Shown here: piece by piece, positions 13,997-26,602 of the stretch
Position numbering within the stretch: the stretch's first letter is position 1
How the letters are laid out: every line of letters begins with the position of its first letter
Source: Octopus bimaculoides
Lineage: Eukaryota
Direction of reading: 5' to 3'
Assembly: GCF_001194135.2 (NCBI RefSeq)
Contig: NC_068997.1
Coordinates: forward strand, 56,853,147 to 56,917,146
DNA: 64,000 bases
The notes under the pieces: model-generated
The model's input: the letters and a program-made list of their open reading frames with translations, nothing else
Told to the model about the DNA's origin: nothing
Databases searched by the model: none
Made by a program: the position numbers and the translations under genes

Positions 13997-14535
13997 GTGT
14001 ACATAAACACACATGTATACGTATATATGACAGATGTGGAAGGAGCCAGTTAATGAATCACAGTTATTACTCAGAGTTACATATGCCTGAATGTATGAGT
14101 CTAATCCATCAGATTCCCGCATAGTTACATGCATGTATATGTACATATGTGTACATATATGTATGAGTGCAGAAAAGAGGAATGAGTGAGTTAGCGTGCA
14201 TAAATAATACACCTGTTGAAGACTATGTATGTATATGTGTGTGTGCGTGCATATATATGTATGTTCACGTTTTCAATTAGTTCTTAAAGACTGCTATGTG
14301 TCAAATGTATGCATATAAAAATGGATGAAATTATAACACCACCCCAATGGCGTTGGGGGTGAGCGAAACAGGCAGAAAGATAGAGGGGGAAAGAAGGTAT
14401 TTTGTTGATTAAAATGTACATTATTATTATTATTATTATTATTATTTTTGATACTATTGTTTTTGTTGTTTTTATTGTTACTATGGCTGAACCGGTAATG
14501 TTTGTGAGTATATATACATACATATATACATACAT

Positions 14536-14608
<73 letters not shown>

Positions 14609-14671
14609 CATACATACCTATATATATATACATACATATATATATACATACATACATACATACATATATAT

Positions 14672-14859
14672 NNNNNNNNNNNNNNNNNNNNNNNNNNNNN
14701 NNNNNNNNNNNNNNNNNNNNNNNNNNNNNNNNNNNNNNNNNNNNNNNNNNNNNNNNNNNNNNNNNNNNNNNNNNNNNNNNNNNNNNNNNNNNNNNNNNNN
14801 NNNNNNNNNNNNNNNNNNNNNNNNNNNNNNNNNNNNNNNNNNNNNNNNNNNNNNNNNNN
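14672..14859. other. Assembly gap flanked by microsatellites (other gaps: 6395-6412, 25179-25188, 33311-34125, 36985-37051, 40818-41061, 58222-58335 and smaller ones)
   Basis: Run of N. Confidence 0.99.
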
Positions 14860-15509
14860 CAGTGAAGCATTGTGGGAACAGAAACACTTTGTTGCATAAA
14901 TACATAGGGAATAATTAATTTTATCGATTATTTTCTTTAAGAGATACCAACGACGACGACAACAACAACAACAAAAAGGAAAAAACAAAAAAACAAAATG
15001 AAAGAACAGAAATTTAAAAAAAAACAATGGCAAAATGGAAAAGAAAAAAATGCGTTACAGAACTACTACTTGTAAAATTATTATTATTGTTAATAGAAAA
15101 AATGATAATAATAATAACAAAAACAACACCAAGTAATATTTAAATAGGAGAAGCAACAGAATAGAGACTGATATAAACAAATGAGAGAAATGTGAAAATA
15201 AACATAAAATACCAGTAAAAATTGACGTTATAATAAATTAGTAAAATAAAAAAAAGATCGACAGCCTTGTAGAAGAAAATATTAGCAATAGAAAATGAAA
15301 TGAGGAGTTTTAATATGTCTACCAATTTACATTATCGCATTTTTAGTTTTTTGTTTGTTATAGCTACATGTGCATATGTATTATATTGCTACATGTGTTG
15401 TGTGTGTGTATAACGTCATACAACTATCTGTGAGTGTGTATATAATGTTCCATAGTTACTAGTGAGTGTACATAGCTACTTGAGTGTTTGTATAATGTCA
15501 TATAGCTAC

Positions 15510-15557
<48 letters not shown>

Positions 15558-17164
15558 TTGTGTGTGTGTGTGTATAATGATTTGGCACTTCTGGTAGGTG
15601 AATATGGTATGAGTCTGTATATATTCGTAGTGGGTGTATACTGTGGTTTTATTACTGGGAGTTTGAATTGTATGGTGATGTCTTGTGTAGTGTGTAGATA
15701 TTTGCGGTTTATATGATGTGCAAAGTGCCACGAGATGACTGGGTGTGTAGGAGGTAGATGTAGTGTGTATTCTTGATGATGGGCATTTCTATGTATGTAT
15801 GTATGTATATATATGTACGTATGTATGTATATATGTACTTATATGTACATATAAATGTGCATATCTGTGTATATATATATGCTTATGTATAGATCTAAGG
15901 ATAATGAGTGTGAATGCAGGATTGAATGTATGAAAGCATGTTTGTTGACCAGGTAATTCGACGCGTGTGGTTTGTGGAAGGTTTGCAATGCGATTTTGAA
16001 ACTGATGAGGTAAATAGCGTGGCACAAGGAAGGTCGTGAAGGCCATGGGCAACAAGGCGGCTCGGGGAGGAGGCAATCACCATGCATGTAATCATGCATT
16101 TTTATTTTACTGCGCAGCCACAATAGAGTAGGACAAAAATCCATACATTCCAGATGGAGGCCATCCAGTGTGTTTGAGACAACAGAAGATAATAACTCGA
16201 CGATGTTCCACTGTAATTTCTAGTAAGTTCAATGACTCCATAGAGGCTTTCCCGTTTGTGCTGGTGTACCGTGGTGACGTTGCGTATGTAATGGTGTATG
16301 TGTCTGGTTATATTTGGTGTGTGTTTATCCCTGCGTATGCCATGCATTCATATAACGTTTCTGTGTATCCAGTGAGTATATATGGTGTATATATTTATGT
16401 GAGCTATGTGTATCTGCATGTTTAATTTTATGTTAATTTTTCAAATGATAATCCATTGAATATCAATCGCAACAGCACCACCACTACCATTACCAACGGC
16501 GCCACCGCCATCAATGAAATTCCTATTACACGGATGGATTGTTTTATCTGTGAAATGATTATTCATGCTTAAATGAATTGCTAAAACGACGACGACAACA
16601 GCAACAACAACAAAGCAGCGTTAATTCCTAACATAGGATTCAATATTGCTATATCACAGGTTAGAATTGATAGAAAAAATACAAATAATTCAATAATCGA
16701 AATAATTTAAAAGCGATAATATAAATGATATAAAAATAATACGAAAATGTTACAAATAATAATATAAATGAGACGGTGAATTGGCCGAGTTGTTTGAAAG
16801 GACACCTTGTGGTAATAATGCAGGGATCCCAGGAGTCCACTTTACTTGTTGTTCTATGGAAGTTATCGAATGAAGTAGAAGCCAAGAACCGTGGACTGTT
16901 GTAACACTGGATCGCAAGTCTTTGTGATCTGTGTTCAAATTCTAATTCCTCTCACTAGCTTCTTTATGATGAGACAATATGTCTTCGTGTCCCAACAGAC
17001 AACGATGAGTTTTTACTATCATACGGAGCGTGTATCAATTGCAGTAATGTATCAATCACATCTCTATCTACTAATGAAGAAAATGCACCATGTGAGATAA
17101 ATACTTAACGTAAAAAGCAAAATCTTCCACTATGAAGTACAAGTTTCTCATTTTACCTCATTCT

Positions 17165-17270
17165 AACGTTCCCAGTTCAAATCCCGATGGTGTTCAATTT
17201 ATCTTTTATCCTCTCGTGATCGATAAAGTTAAGTACCACTCAAGTTCTGGGTCCATTTAATACAATATGT
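17165..17270 (+). mobile_element. Degenerate SINE, 3' part (family of 19329-19503)
   Basis: cagttcaaatcccgatgg...ttatcctctcgtgatcgataaagttaagtaccactcaagttctggg. Confidence 0.55.
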
Positions 17271-18950
17271 TCTCCTTCCTAACAGAATCTATTATTGTTT
17301 CATTAAATCCTATTTTACCAATTCTATTGAAGCTTATTTTTATTCGCAAACTTTTGTAAAAAAAGAAATAGAAACCATCCTTATAATGTCAGTCAACGAT
17401 GGACGTGAAGCATTTGAAAAGCACCAAAGGAAAAAGACTTTTGTATAGCGTTGCATCCTAATTGGAAGAACATTGAGAGGAAGTTTAACTTAATTATCGT
17501 GTGTCGAATTAAGTAACTACCGGTGACACACGAGGGTTGTCTATATAGTTCTGCTTATACATAGCTTACCAAAACCTTTGCAGTGATATCAATACCACTT
17601 TGACCTTAGGCAAAATATATCTAGGATTCAATTACCTAATGTACTCCGTCGATTATTTTAACAGTGTGGTGCAAATTTAGGGAAATGTGGAATTTTTCTT
17701 AAAACTAACCCATCGTATAGTGTTAACATGGTTGGTTGGTTGGTTTTGTCTTTACTGATTTAAACCTGAAATATGTGGTGTTGGTGTGATTTTAGCTTCG
17801 ATTTCTAGCAGATGGTGCATCCATACAAATATTATCTTTATCACACATCTCTTATGCAGCCAAGTTGTGGCGCCAAACGTTACTCTGGAGGACTGGAAAA
17901 GTTAACTTCTTTGATTTTTTTTTATATGGACACCCGCATGCGCACGCTCGCACGGTCACACACATTAGAACACATAAAAACGCACACGCATACACACACA
18001 CACACACACACACTTAGGTATTCATTTTGTAAAATCATTTGTCTCAATCCTTTATTTTTTTCACACTTTTGCTACGACTCAGCGATTATGTCTTGATGTG
18101 TTACTGCATTTTCTAAGTACATATGAAGCCTTAGACATTTAAGAGGAAGAAGAAATAAAGATGATATGATTTATGGCATTCTCTAGATCATTACCGGAAT
18201 AAATGAACTGAGAATCGAAGTTAGATCTCACAATCTGATTGCTGGAAGCTTACCTTGCATAGTCTGTAGAACTCGCTAAAATATTATAAAAATAAAAATA
18301 AAAAACTCTCAGTTCTCGATTTCTTCCTGGTTTCACATTATTACTTATATTATTTCGTTTATATTTCATTCACGTGATAAACTTATCGTTACAATCATTT
18401 TTCCTTCAACATCTCAAGCACTAAGCTGCTTATTAGATATGATTTACTGAAATAGATGTTGCTTTTCTTTTGTTTTGTTTTCCCCCTTTCGTATTTCTTC
18501 TATTCACGCTTCCATATAAATATATCCATGCGATATGAATATATTTCATCTCTCCTTTGAAATTCTTCAATGATTAATGTATACATTTAATACTTTTCTT
18601 TCTGCCTTCAAATGTGTTTTATCTTACAATTATGGTACACAAGTTTGCAGCTGATTCGTATTTTGTTTGCTCGTTCCGCTGAGCTACGCTAGATCAGTAA
18701 GAAACTAAGATACTTCGTAAGACATCCTGGTAGAATCTCCGTCTTTTTCGACGATGAAAATTCAGTTCTCCGACCAAGTATATTACTAGACAGGAAATAA
18801 ACGCATAAGCGGTTGTGCATATGCCAGGTACAAGCATACTTAATGTAATTCTCAAACGAAACCGGCGTGATATATAGTGGCATAGATGTAACTTCGAATT
18901 AGATGCAAAATCTAAAGAGGGAGAGAAGAAGAGGGTGGAATGTAACGCAG

Positions 18951-19083
18951 GGAGAGAGGGAGAGAGAGACGAAGAGAGGGAGAGAGAGACGAAGAGAGGG
19001 AGAGAGAGAGACGAAGAGAGGGAGAGAGAGACGAAGAGAGGGAGAGAGAGAGACGAAGAGAGGGAGAGAGAGACGAAGAGAGA
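18951..19083. repeat. Purine-rich minisatellite (AG)4-5-ACGAAGAGAGGG, six units of 20/22 bp
   Basis: Unit lengths 20,20,22,20,22,20, read directly. Confidence 0.9.
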
Positions 19084-19328
19084 AGGCGTGAGGGGAAGAG
19101 AGAGGAAAGAGAGGAATGAAGTGAGCCCTATAGGATGATAGGTAAACTGACTACGGCTGAAAATGAAATCGATCTGAAACAAAGCAATGGGTTTCATCAA
19201 ATGTTCTAATGGTTCTGGCATTTAACTGTCCAGCAAAATATATCAATGAATTCGACTTCCTCCACCACCACAATGACACAACAATTCTTTCTACTGTAGC
19301 CACAAGGCAAAATATTTCGAAGGGAGAG

Positions 19329-19503
19329 GCCAGTCAATTTTATCGACCTGTATGCTTAACTGTTACGTATTTTATCGACCTCGGTAGCTTGAAAAGCAAA
19401 GTCTACCTTGCCGGAATTTCAACTCAGTGCGTATAGACGGACGAAATTACGCTAAGCATTTTTACCGGCGTGCTAACGATTCTGCCAGCTCATCACCTTA
19501 ATA
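19329..19503 (-). mobile_element. tRNA-derived SINE (second family), near full length
   Basis: Minus strand: aaggtgatgagctggcagaatcgttagcacgccgg...gagttgaaattcc...gactttgc...gtcgataaaat...gtcgataaaattgac. Confidence 0.85.
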
Positions 19504-20488
19504 ATATTACTATTTCTCTGTGACTGCCTTCTGAAGTTGTTTCTAAAATACACTCACTGGATTCCATAGAAATAAACCTATTATACATCCGTTATACAAA
19601 TATAAATGTGATTTATTTACTCCTATGAGATGGAACTGATCTTGTGTAGTGACAACGCAATATTCTCAGACGCTGTGTAAGTTGTTGTCATAGAACAAAA
19701 AAATTTCCAGCGTTCTTTTTATAATTCCTTCCTTCCATAAATTTTCACATTAAAGATATTTTTTGTAAATATTGTGTTTGTTTGGAATTATTTTTGAAAA
19801 TTTATTAAAAAATACAGAAGAAAATCTATCTAAAACATCGTCATAGTTTGAATTGAGGAGTTTCCTTTGAACAGAAATTTTTTTTTAAATACGATAAAGA
19901 AATCCATGAATATTCTAAATGATAAAGTGTAGCTACGATAACCTTTTCAAAAATCTATTTCTAAAAGTAGCACCAAAATATTAAATTCTGAGATTGTTTT
20001 GAAATAAAGTAGAAGTTATCTCACTTGTAGTTCAAAAAATCATCAATAATATCTGATATAGGTTTATTATTAGTTTGTTCGGCTTTCATGTCTGAATGCT
20101 ACTAAATTATTGCGAAAGTATGGGGGACTGTGTCCTTTCTTTGTGTGAAAGGAGTTGAGAATAATGGGTAGAGAAAGACAGACATAAATGTGTGTGCGTG
20201 TGTGTAAGGAGATACACATAGACAGAAAGAGAGAGAGTGAGCAATATATAGTGAGAGAAGCAGAGAGACAGAGAGGGAAAGCGAGCGATGGAGCGGGAGA
20301 TTGGCAAGGAGGGATGGAAACGTAGAAAGAGGGGGCGTTCAATGATTTTAATGCATCAGTTAGCAACAAGTAACAGACAAAATAAAAATGATGTCGTAAT
20401 GATATTTATAATAAATACGAGAATGTGCTAGAAAAGAAGAGAGTACTGTTTTTATTTTGAAATAAGATTGTAAGAGAGGAGACACTTT

Positions 20489-20571
20489 ATGGATTTTGAG
20501 GCCACCCTGGTGCTATTAATACTGTTGATGTTCAACTTGATTATTAAAGTGATTGCGGTGGATGAATCAAC
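20489..20571 (+). CDS. Candidate first coding exon with a signal-peptide-like sequence
   Basis: MDFEATLVLLILLMFNLIIKVIAVDES+AC|gtgatg. Hydrophobic core, and the phase-2 end joins exon 21491 in frame. The donor is only moderate. Confidence 0.2.
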
Positions 20572-21031
20572 GTGATGATTGTATGTAGTGGGCGTTTTAA
20601 AGTAGGTAAACGACGGGCTGGGATGGTGGTCACATAAAGTTGTACAAGTAGCGGAAAACGAAGAGAGAGAAGGAGAGAGAATTAGGTTGAGAAAGAGAGA
20701 CATAACAGTGAACTCACTGTTTCCTCGTCGTTGTAATGGAATGGTGTGTGAGTGACTAATTCCTGGATTGAGTCTAGAATGATTGTTGGTGTAGGTTTGT
20801 AGTAAGAAGCACCGATGTAGGTATCTCCGTTGGGGATTTCACTTTTGCCTTGTAAGGGTCAACATGTAATTAAATCTGACATAACTATGACACCACTGAA
20901 AATGAGATCTGACTGTCCTGGTGGTGTTTTAGCAAAGTTTGAGCAGTAAACTTTAACAATTGAGGCGATTACAGGGACATACATACATAAATATAGAAGC
21001 ACACACGTACACCCGTGCGTGAGATCACATG

Positions 21032-21076
<45 letters not shown>

Positions 21077-21490
21077 TCGTTCACGCCCTACGCGCACAGA
21101 CGCATAAATCGACAAACCACAGAAAATGGAATTAACGACCTTCTTTATTTAAAATCACCACAATTGTTTCGGTGCATTCTTGTACCTGTCGTCCATTGGT
21201 GAGATATTGTGCAGCCATTATCTTACAATTCAGTCGCAGAATGCGTGTATTCCGGTGATTGTTTCAATAAGTGCTCGTTCGCTACTCAGAGCATTTCACT
21301 CAGTTTCATGATGAATGCCTAACATTCCAGCAATTCACAGAGAGAACTAAAATCATAGACTCAGTGAGAGACAGGGTCCACCCAAAATCAAAATACAGAG
21401 CACGTTGTTAAAAAAGTGGACAAATGAAAATAAAAATAAAATTATAAATGACAAAAATAATAATTTCAGTTGACTATGGAAATATTACAG

Positions 21491-21581
21491 GAAATTTGTC
21501 ACAGGGATGGACGGGCCGGTGTACTCTAACGGAAGACCGCCGGTTGTGGATTATAGAAGGACCGGGAATTTCAGATTTAAG
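21491..21581 (+). CDS. Candidate coding exon, unidentified protein
   Basis: ttacag|...TTTAAG|gtaatt. GC-elevated island in AT-rich DNA. Two open frames: xKFVTGMDGPVYSNGRPPVVDYRRTGNFRFK, or, from the alternative acceptor at 21470, DYGNITGNLSQGWTGRCTLTEDRRLWIIEGPGISDL. Confidence 0.5.
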
Positions 21582-22621
21582 GTAATTCATTTATTATGAA
21601 CATTTTTGAAACAAAAGGGAAAAAAAAGGGAATTTTTTTTTTTTAAACTTTACTCGAGAAAATGTGTTCTTAAAACAGAATGAGAAAAAAAAGAAGAGAA
21701 AGACTGTCGAAATGTAACAACTCGATTAAGGGTCGAGTGGGCATTCCGCCTAATTGTATCACTTTTCATAATTCATTCGTTTCTTTTATTTTGACTTCTT
21801 TCCTCAAATTTCTGTTTTATAATTTTACTTCTCCGATTCTATGTTATGTCTCGTTATGTATTGTCTGTATGTGTGGTATTTGTCTTTCCGGGTTCGATGT
21901 TCGCCTTTTTGGGGTAATAAAACAAAAAAAAGAACCGTAATTGCTTATAATCAATATCATGGCTATTTCGGAGATTTGAGCGAACCGCGATGCATTCTTA
22001 AATAACAATAGAAACTATGTATGATTTACAGCCTTAACTTGCTAAGATCCCCTCCTCGGCCTAATTTTACCACTAAAATATACAAAAATGGTTGAGTCCG
22101 TATACCTAATTCATGGTAACGGACATTGAATTTGTTCACAGCGTTCTTAGAACTAATGCTGTGTTTGTATTCATATAAAGTTGATATTTGGAGAAATAAC
22201 TAATGTAAGCCGAGCTGCTTTGCAATTTGATTCTTCTTTTCCTGTTACCAAGCACATGCGTGTCAACAGGCCTGCTATTGTCAATTTTCACACATAAAAA
22301 CATATTTTAAGGCAGCCAGATATGGCGGTTTCAATGTTTAATTAAACGATATGGTGTTTCTGAAAAAGCTTCGCTGGTTATATTACAAATGTCATTCAAC
22401 TCGAAACATAGAAGCCCTGTGCAGTCTCACTTTTCATTACTCGTGCATGTGCGTCCGCTTTTCAAATTGTTTAACATGTTTGCTTAACAATAATATATAT
22501 TGAAGTTTATTGTTTCATGCTATTCTCTGGACTTATTAACAATCATACATTTCCAGTAAAAGTGCCATTCGGTAACGGAATTGATTGGCGAAACAACAAA
22601 TGAATAGGAAAAGAAGAGAAA

Positions 22622-22685
<64 letters not shown>

Positions 22686-23129
22686 CAAAGAGAGAGGGAA
22701 AAGGAGCGTGAGACTGAAATGTGAAACGTTTTATAACTGTTACTGTTTCCGATTGACGTTTACAACTGTTGCTGTGTTGTTGTTGTTATTGCTACTTTTA
22801 GTGTTGTTGTAGCTGTTATTCAGCCCTTGGTGAATCCTTGTCCAATCGACCTATAACAGAAAGCATTTGATTCCTAACTATTCCGTAGAGAACTAGACTG
22901 TCTGGTGTAGCTTTTTCCTGTCTTTCAGGAGAAACGGTATGTGGTTACATGACCTGTTAAAATTAGGATGCGCTGACCAATGCAGTTTGTTGCATACAAT
23001 ACTAGGGTGCAGCCAAAGCTAGTATAGGTTTCGATCATAGGTGCACTTAGGAAGAATCTACTTTAAGCTAAATAACACCAGCTATTGGACGCTTCGGGAC
23101 CCGTTCAGAGAGTTGTATGGTAATCTAGT

Positions 23130-23560
23130 GCATCAAATTAAAGCTAATTCTTGAGTTCATCCAGAAATGAATTTGCAGACAAGTTTATTGCCGTGATCAG
23201 AAACGTGAGCAGTCTAAAGCTGCGTTCAACAAAAAGTAGAACGAAGATGCATGATATATCAGGTTGAAGTTAGCCAGGCAAACACTTCCTTTGTCTTCTT
23301 CCATCGACTTTGTTGAACGTATGTAGCACAAAAGTTTAGGTCCTCTATTACTCATCGCAGCTGAACTAATCTGGAATCCCACCAACTCCATTTATTTTTG
23401 TTGACATCATCCATCGTTAAGAGTTTCTTGGATTTAAGAAAATTACCCGACAGTCTTCAATGTAAATCACTCAATTGTAAATTTGAAGTAGCAACCTTTG
23501 ATTTAGAGGGTATGAAAAATCCTGACTGTTGGTCTTTATAATGGAAACTTGAGTGGTTCT
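23130..23560 (-). mobile_element. Decayed LINE AP-endonuclease (CR1/L2-like)
   Basis: One minus frame gives KKLLTMDDVNKNKWSW (cf. LIMGDFN..IDW), VIEDLNFCATYVQQSRW and HVSDHGNKLVCKF (terminal SDH motif), with stops. Confidence 0.45.
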
Positions 23561-24024
23561 AACGAGTACCCTTGGTTTAAAGCATTCTATGAGATAACCG
23601 TTTTGATCGCATCCTCTTTGTTTTGCCCACCATTATTTGAGGCCATGAGAAAAATCATGAGACGATTTCCCATGCTCTGACAAGGTCCTTGAAACAACGA
23701 ACTGTTTTACAAGCTCCTTCCTGAGAGCAGAAGGGCAATTATTTTTAAATGGTATGACACACAGAGCAATAATTCTGGATACATGCAAATTACGAGTTGA
23801 TCATTGAAGACATAGGTTTAAACTATAACAGCAACTTCCTGACCTTCGTGATCAAACAGTCTATGGTCTATACCAGTGTTTGGCTGAAGATTTCTATTGT
23901 GAGGAGATAACAACGTATGCAAAATCTGTGACAACCTAGCTGCGCTGGCAACAATAATGCAGCTTCTTTCGTTTTATACATGAAAAACCATTCCTTTTAT
24001 CTTAATTGATGTTTTGTATTACAG

Positions 24025-24055
24025 TTGAAAACATTACTTTCCGGGTGGAACGTTT
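24025..24055 (+). CDS. Candidate 31-nt coding exon
   Basis: ttttgtattacag|TTGAAAACATTACTTTCCGGGTGGAACGTTT|gtaagt, with consensus acceptor and donor. Reads LKTLLSGWNV (phase 0 to 1) or xENITFRVER (phase 1 to 2). Confidence 0.45.
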
Positions 24056-24690
24056 GTAAGTCACGGGTTTAAATTTAAGATTAAAAGCATTTTCTCAGCT
24101 AAGAATTCCTCGACTCTGCTTTATAAAATTACACAGCCAACAAGAAATAAAAGACAAATCTCCTTCATATAATATATTACCGACTTAAAACAGAAAAGAA
24201 AGACAAGTCTGTAAGAAAACGATGGAGTAGAGTTTTGATCATAGCAACTTTGACTATGTCTCACCAAGGGTTAAACAACAACAACTTTTATAAGCAATAT
24301 AACATTTGCTTTTTACTAAAAGATTGATCAAAATAAAATTGAAATAATTTCCCTTTGAAGTATGTTCAAAGGACTAATTAGTGTCCTATAATTAATCATT
24401 GCATACAAAGCTGTTGAAGAGAACATGATCAGCTGGAGTATAAAAGTGTGAGAGTTCGTCTGATGTTAGTAGTATGCCACATTATACAGGAATTATCCCT
24501 TGTAAGGATGCTTTCCTGTTATTAAAGAGATCAAATAAACAGAGGCGCATACTTATACATTCTCACTAATCAGACGTTTTCTGTTTATATCAGAAGTAAT
24601 CTATATTCAGCTGTTGCCTTAAAGACGGAAGCTAATTCATGTAATTATTCGACGAACAACTTGCTATCATATGCATATCTATAGTTTTAT

Positions 24691-24892
24691 CTTTTATCTC
24701 CTTTACTTGTTTCGGTCATTAGATTGCGGCCATGCTGGGGCACCGCATTGAAGAATTTTAGTCGAACGAATCTACCCCAGTACTTATTTTTTAAAGCCGG
24801 GTACTTATTCCATCGCAATTTTTTGCTGAACCACTAAGTTACGGGGACGTTAACGTACCAACTCCGTTTGTTAAGCGGCAAACACACTCACG

Positions 24893-24973
<81 letters not shown>

Positions 24974-25130
24974 GCGTGTGCAATGGGCTTCTATAAGTTT
25001 TCGTCTACCACATCTACTCACAAAGCGTTGGTCGGTCTGACGCCACAGTAAAAGACACTTGCCCATGATGTCACACTGCAAGGCTGAATCCGGAACTATG
25101 TGGTTGGGAAGCATACTTCTTACCACGCCT
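24691..25130 (-). mobile_element. Bipartite tRNA-derived SINE with internal (CA)n/(TG)n
   Basis: Reverse complement of the 6165-6596 family (cacttgcccatg, ggaactatgtggttgggaagc, gccatgctggggcaccgc). Confidence 0.9.
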
Positions 25131-25139
25131 ATCTATCTA

Positions 25140-25178
<39 letters not shown>

Positions 25179-25188
25179 NNNNNNNNNN

Positions 25189-26206
25189 TAGGACTGCAAA
25201 AGAAATGCTCAAATATAAATGAGACAAAGATAAAGATACGCCATTTGCAATAAGTCTTCTATCAAGTTCTCTTCGTAATGTATAGAAATAAAAGTAGATG
25301 TAATAAAATTGTTTTGCGTTACGGGGATTTGAAACCGGCGACGTTGAATTTCTGCTAACTACAACCACCTGAGTGTTTAGCAATAGACTTTTTTGTTAGA
25401 AAATTTGGACTGGTCCGTTGGCGGAGTTTTCTTTAAAATTATATAAGCTTTACAAAAAAGTGTAAGTCTTTTCTTTAAAAAATTTTGATCTGTGTCTTCT
25501 GTTTCTTGTTTATCTTGATGAGTTGTGGGGTGTGGAGGTCATCGCCATGTTGCACTTTAGTGCAAATAAACTGCGGTGGTGAGCTCCCGAAATGGCCATA
25601 GATATAGGGGAATGTTGAATTAGGCTTGTGAAGTCTGCTCATTATGAACTTTTGGATTTACCTGTGTGGAGGGAGTAAATAAAAGAATTTTTTCACGATG
25701 TATGTGGATTTTATCTTTGGAAATCTCTTTACTTACGAAGTTTGGACGTACATGTATGAGGTAAGTAAAAGACTTTTTTCAAATATATTTTCAAATATTT
25801 AAAAAAAAAAATTCTAAGTAAAAAAAGAATATTTAATCGTCTGATAAAACTTTTTTAGTCGGTGGACATTTTTTTTATTTTCAGCTTTACTTATTTTATA
25901 TTTGTCTATTAGGTTTTTTTTTTTGGTAGTTTTTGAATTTTTAGCCGTTTATATAATTAACATTTTTGATTGGCCGTTCTATTTGTATTTTATTCGATTA
26001 TACACTTTTACTTTCTGTGATTTTTATGCATATGTATTATTTTTATACGTTTATGAACCATGGTGATATTTATATATGATTAAATGTTTGAGGGATTTGT
26101 GTTGTATGTAAAGTCGTTGACCCAAATTTAATCTTTGTTCTATAACCAATGCTTAATAAACATATAATAAACATGGTTAATAAGCATATAAAAATAATAA
26201 TCAATG

Positions 26207-26243
<37 letters not shown>

Positions 26244-26567
26244 CAAATTTGGGATTTTACCAATAGAACCGCGACTCCAATTTCGGGACCAGCCATTTAC
26301 ACAGGAATGAGGAGTATTCTTCCTTTGTAAATGTTTTTACTAGTTTTATTCAATAAATTTATATCGTATAAAGTGGTTTTTACTAAATAATCTTTTTAAA
26401 TACTATTAACTTACGTTTCACATTTAAGAAAATGGTAATTTATATTTGTATAGATAGGGGTAAATCTTACACTAAATTATTAATTCCCGTAATGTTTATA
26501 TAGACAAGTTGTAGGATTTGATGCGTTTATAATATAGTCGCTGAGGGTTTCTTTAGGTTTAGCATTT

Positions 26568-26602
<35 letters not shown>

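Noticed and set aside
10356-15033. Many 60-250 aa ORFs rich in YI/HT/CV/RE dipeptides, here and throughout the window
   Set aside because: Translations of (TA)n, (CA)n and (GA)n microsatellites or of N-gaps, not genes.
15960-16080. RKVVKAMGNKAARG, reminiscent of the C-terminus of Hero/NeSL-type RLE elements
   Set aside because: Too short and frameshifted, with no PD-D motif nearby.
16768-17108. Near-continuous protein-like frame with two stops
   Set aside because: No recognisable family and no good splice sites.
20720-20960. Minus-strand GDTYIGAS, a possible GIY-YIG half-motif
   Set aside because: Spacing to the first motif is wrong and there is no downstream R..EH.
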